Shown one piece after another: positions 61,412-64,000 of a DNA stretch of 64,000 nucleotides. A model generated the notes under the pieces. The model was not told the origin of the DNA and did not search any database. It worked only from the letters and a program-made list of their open reading frames with translations. The DNA lies in NCBI GenBank assembly GCA_965218815.1, contig CBDCLX010000002.1, forward strand, positions 693,044 through 757,043. The letters run 5' to 3'. Numbering within the stretch: position 1 is the stretch's first letter; the number at the start of each line of letters is the position of its first letter. Source of the DNA: Bdellovibrionales bacterium. GTDB taxonomy: Bacteria; Bdellovibrionota; Bdellovibrionia; Bdellovibrionales; JAGQZY01. Position numbers and translations under genes: made by a program.

Positions 61412-61879
61412 TCACACACATAAGTTTAAAATACGAGTTATATCTCTATTTATCATATCCCAAATCAAAAAAACAGGAGGACTACCCTTATCTCCATAAG
61501 GAATAAGAAAAAGACTTATTAAACTTTCAAGACACAAAAATATTGTTACTATAGGGTCTAAAATGAAGATTATGTGTTTACCTCTTGGAGACTTAAGGAA
61601 TAATAAACCTATAAAAAGTCCAAAAATAGAACCTATAACAAATCTTGTAAGAAATGTTATTGTATCAACTGTACTAATAGGAGAGACTCCGTTAATAAAT
61701 CCTCTTTCTAAACAATTTTCATGCAAATATAAAGAATATAAAATAATAGGAGAAAAAATCATATGAATTATAGGTATTGAAAATACAAACCACATAAAAG
61801 ATGATTTTTTTATAACAATCGTAAATCCATTTAAAAAATCAATTAAAAATATCTTTATCTTTATCTTTATCTTTCTCAT
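61412..61879 (-). CDS. orphan putative immunity protein (KSPxGK family)
   Basis: Close paralog of 61996-62436: SSFMWF.FSIPI, C.ER.F, FLKSPRGKHI. Confidence 0.7.
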   Translation of the reverse strand: MRKIKIKIKIFLIDFLNGFTIVIKKSSFMWFVFSIPIIHMIFSPIILYSLYLHENCLERGFINGVSPISTVDTITFLTRFVIGSIFGLFIGLLFLKSPRGKHIIFILDPIVTIFLCLESLISLFLIPYGDKGSPPVFLIWDMINRDITRILNLCV

Positions 61880-61894
61880 TATTTCCTTTTCTGT

Positions 61895-61971
61895 TTTATA
61901 CTGATCGTGTTTGAATTTTCCGGTTTTCCAATAGGGAAATACCTCGAAAATTCAAACATGATCAGTATAAA
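61895..61971. repeat. MITE-like palindrome with 26-bp terminal inverted repeats
   Basis: TTTATACTGATCGTGTTTGAATTTTC ... GAAAATTCAAACATGATCAGTATAAA (25/26 complementary). Confidence 0.8.
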
Positions 61972-61995
61972 CCTTTAATAAAATTAAATATGTAA

Positions 61996-62436
61996 TTAAG
62001 CTGTACATAGATTTAAAACACGAATTACATCCTGACCTATCATATTCCATAGTTGAAAAATAGGAGACATTTTTCCATTGTTAACAAAAAAGAAATATAT
62101 TAAAGTTCCAAAACATAAAAGTATTGTTACGATAGGTTCTAAAATAAAAAATATATGTTTACCTCTTGGAGATTTAAAAAATACGCATCCTATAAAGATT
62201 CCAAAAACACAACCCATGATAGTTTGAATAAAAAATAAAATTACGTCAATCCCCGGAGGAAAGCCGTTAAATTCTCTTTCTATACATTCACTATATATAT
62301 AAAAAAAATATAAAAAAGTAGGAGCAACTATCATCTGAACTATAGGTATTGAGAATATGAACCACATAAAAGATGATTTTCTCAGATTGCACATAAATAG
62401 AGAAAAAACTGTAATCATGTTCATTGAAAATTCCAA
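61996..62436 (-). CDS. putative cognate immunity protein of the second Rhs tip
   Basis: Immediately downstream of the Rhs stop; 3 TMs; FFKSPRGK...ILEP. Confidence 0.72.
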   Translation of the reverse strand: MEFSMNMITVFSLFMCNLRKSSFMWFIFSIPIVQMIVAPTFLYFFYIYSECIEREFNGFPPGIDVILFFIQTIMGCVFGIFIGCVFFKSPRGKHIFFILEPIVTILLCFGTLIYFFFVNNGKMSPIFQLWNMIGQDVIRVLNLCTA

Positions 62437-62440
62437 GCTT

Positions 62441-64000
62441 CTAAGAAATGGGTGTCATATTTTCAATACCAAAAAGTTCAAAAAGTTTTTCAACATCCTC
62501 TTCTATCTCTTTTTCTAAGGTTTTTATCTTTTGTTTTAATTCTGCAATTCTTTTTTCTCTGTTTGGATTTTTTGGAGGACATGAACCACTTCCATCATTT
62601 TCTAAATTTTCTAAATCTTTTTTAAGTTTATTTAATAAACCATACTTAACGGCAACAAAAAGAGCTGCTCCACCTCCAATTGCAACTATTAAACCAATTT
62701 TAAAACCAAGACCAATAGTCCCATTAGGATCATTAAAATTTATGGAATTATTCCCAACATACCTATAGAAATTAGTATCCCCACTATCAAAGGTGATGGG
62801 ATCAGAAGAAATCCACCTTCCGGCTTCTGTGTCATAATACCTGGCTCTGTGGTACTGAAGCCCTGTTTCAGGATCACGTTCCCTTCCTGTGAAAGTGTAT
62901 GGATTTTTCAAATAGTCTGTACTTGATTCTGTGATCGAAGTTCCATCCTTATTGTAAATACTGGTGTTTCCGAAAGAATCATAGACATAGCGTTGGATGA
63001 CATCCCCGTCCCCGTTTGTGATCTCTGTTGTTGAACCCAGGCGGTCATGGTGGTAGTAATATCTCTGGTTTGAAAAACTCTCACTTGTATGTGGACTCTC
63101 AGGTCTTTCCATAATCATCACTTCATCTGCTCTGCCACTGTGTGTGTACTTGGCTTCCATCGTGTTCTGAGCATTGAACTCCAATAGGATATTACCTCTA
63201 TCATAAACATATTTGGTTATGGTGTCATTCACATTCTTCTGTATCCTTCTTCCCAAAGCATCGTACCTGTAAGAAACCTCACTTGTTGGTTCAGCCGTGG
63301 CATTGGGTTTTGTTATTACCGAAGTTAATTGATTCTCATAATCCCAGGTGTAGGTTGTAACTTGTCCTGTTGCAATATGGGTTTTTTGTGTGAGGTTTCC
63401 GTTCCTGTCATAGACATAGGTGTAGGTTTTGTCATTTGTCAATTCATTGTTATCTGAGAATGTGGAATCCACGGTCTCTTCATCTCTTCATCTCTTCTTA
63501 ACCTGTTCCCTGAAAGATCATAGGTAAAGGTCTCTGTCCCTGTGCCCTGGGGCTTTGTGGCCGAGGTTAACTGATTGTCAGTGTCATAGATATAAGTCAG
63601 ATGAGAGTTCACAGTCAACTCTGACCTGACGGTATCAACACCTGTGACATAGTCATTGAGATTATAGGAGTAAACAAAAGAGGAATGGGTTTCTATTGTG
63701 GTCTCTCCCGAAGTTCCATCCTCGTTTAAAGGGGTTGTTGTCAGACTGTGAGTCAGTGTTCTTAACCGGTTGGGTTTTCCAGGGGTATAGAGGTATGAGG
63801 AAGTAACTCCATTGGGATAAATAGTTCCTGTCCTGTTGTCCAGTTTATTGTAGCTAAACCTAATAGACGAAGGATCAGTGGATGAGCGACCAATTCTAAT
63901 GAGTCTGTTACTCTCATCATAACCATAGAAGATCTGATCGGCTCCAGTCACAGAATCATAAACTGATGTTATGTTATCGTTGTCATCATAGGAGTAGAAA
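62441..64000 (-). pseudogene. Rhs protein (continues past the window edge), frameshifted by an 8-bp duplication
   Basis: Near-identical to the ~59030-60214 core; extra ATCTCTTC near 63482; SSDP...DPNG then a TM/coiled-coil tip. Confidence 0.85.

Overview
Bacterial chromosomal window, most likely from a Bdellovibrionota (Bdellovibrio-like) organism. This is inferred from gene order: a Tad/Flp cluster ending in a YD-repeat gene, as I recall for the B. bacteriovorus 'hit' locus, lepA followed by three lepB copies, and several FliA-type promoters. Bases ~1-52,950 are mostly core genes: a reverse-transsulfuration pair, tRNA-Phe, dprA, lptF, kdsA-like, a probable SRP RNA, trxA, ogt, RNase P RNA, metK, lepA, lepB x3, valS, an S8 protease, amt with a STAS/RsbW pair and a glutamine synthetase II remnant, nadE, the Tad pilus locus, ileS-lspA and arfB. 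From ~52,950 to the end lies a rearranged conflict island. It holds an IS remnant, a PKD-domain remnant, an FGE/CLec lipoprotein whose 3' end looks like a DGR variable region (no RT or template repeat seen in the window), an AEP primase-SF2 helicase, an OPT pseudogene and a 77-bp MITE-like palindrome. It also holds an array of Rhs cassettes with two related, unrecognised membrane-type C-terminal domains and three paralogous membrane 'KSPxGK' immunity-like genes, which is the best candidate for an undescribed system. All calls come from reading the sequence; no database searches were run.
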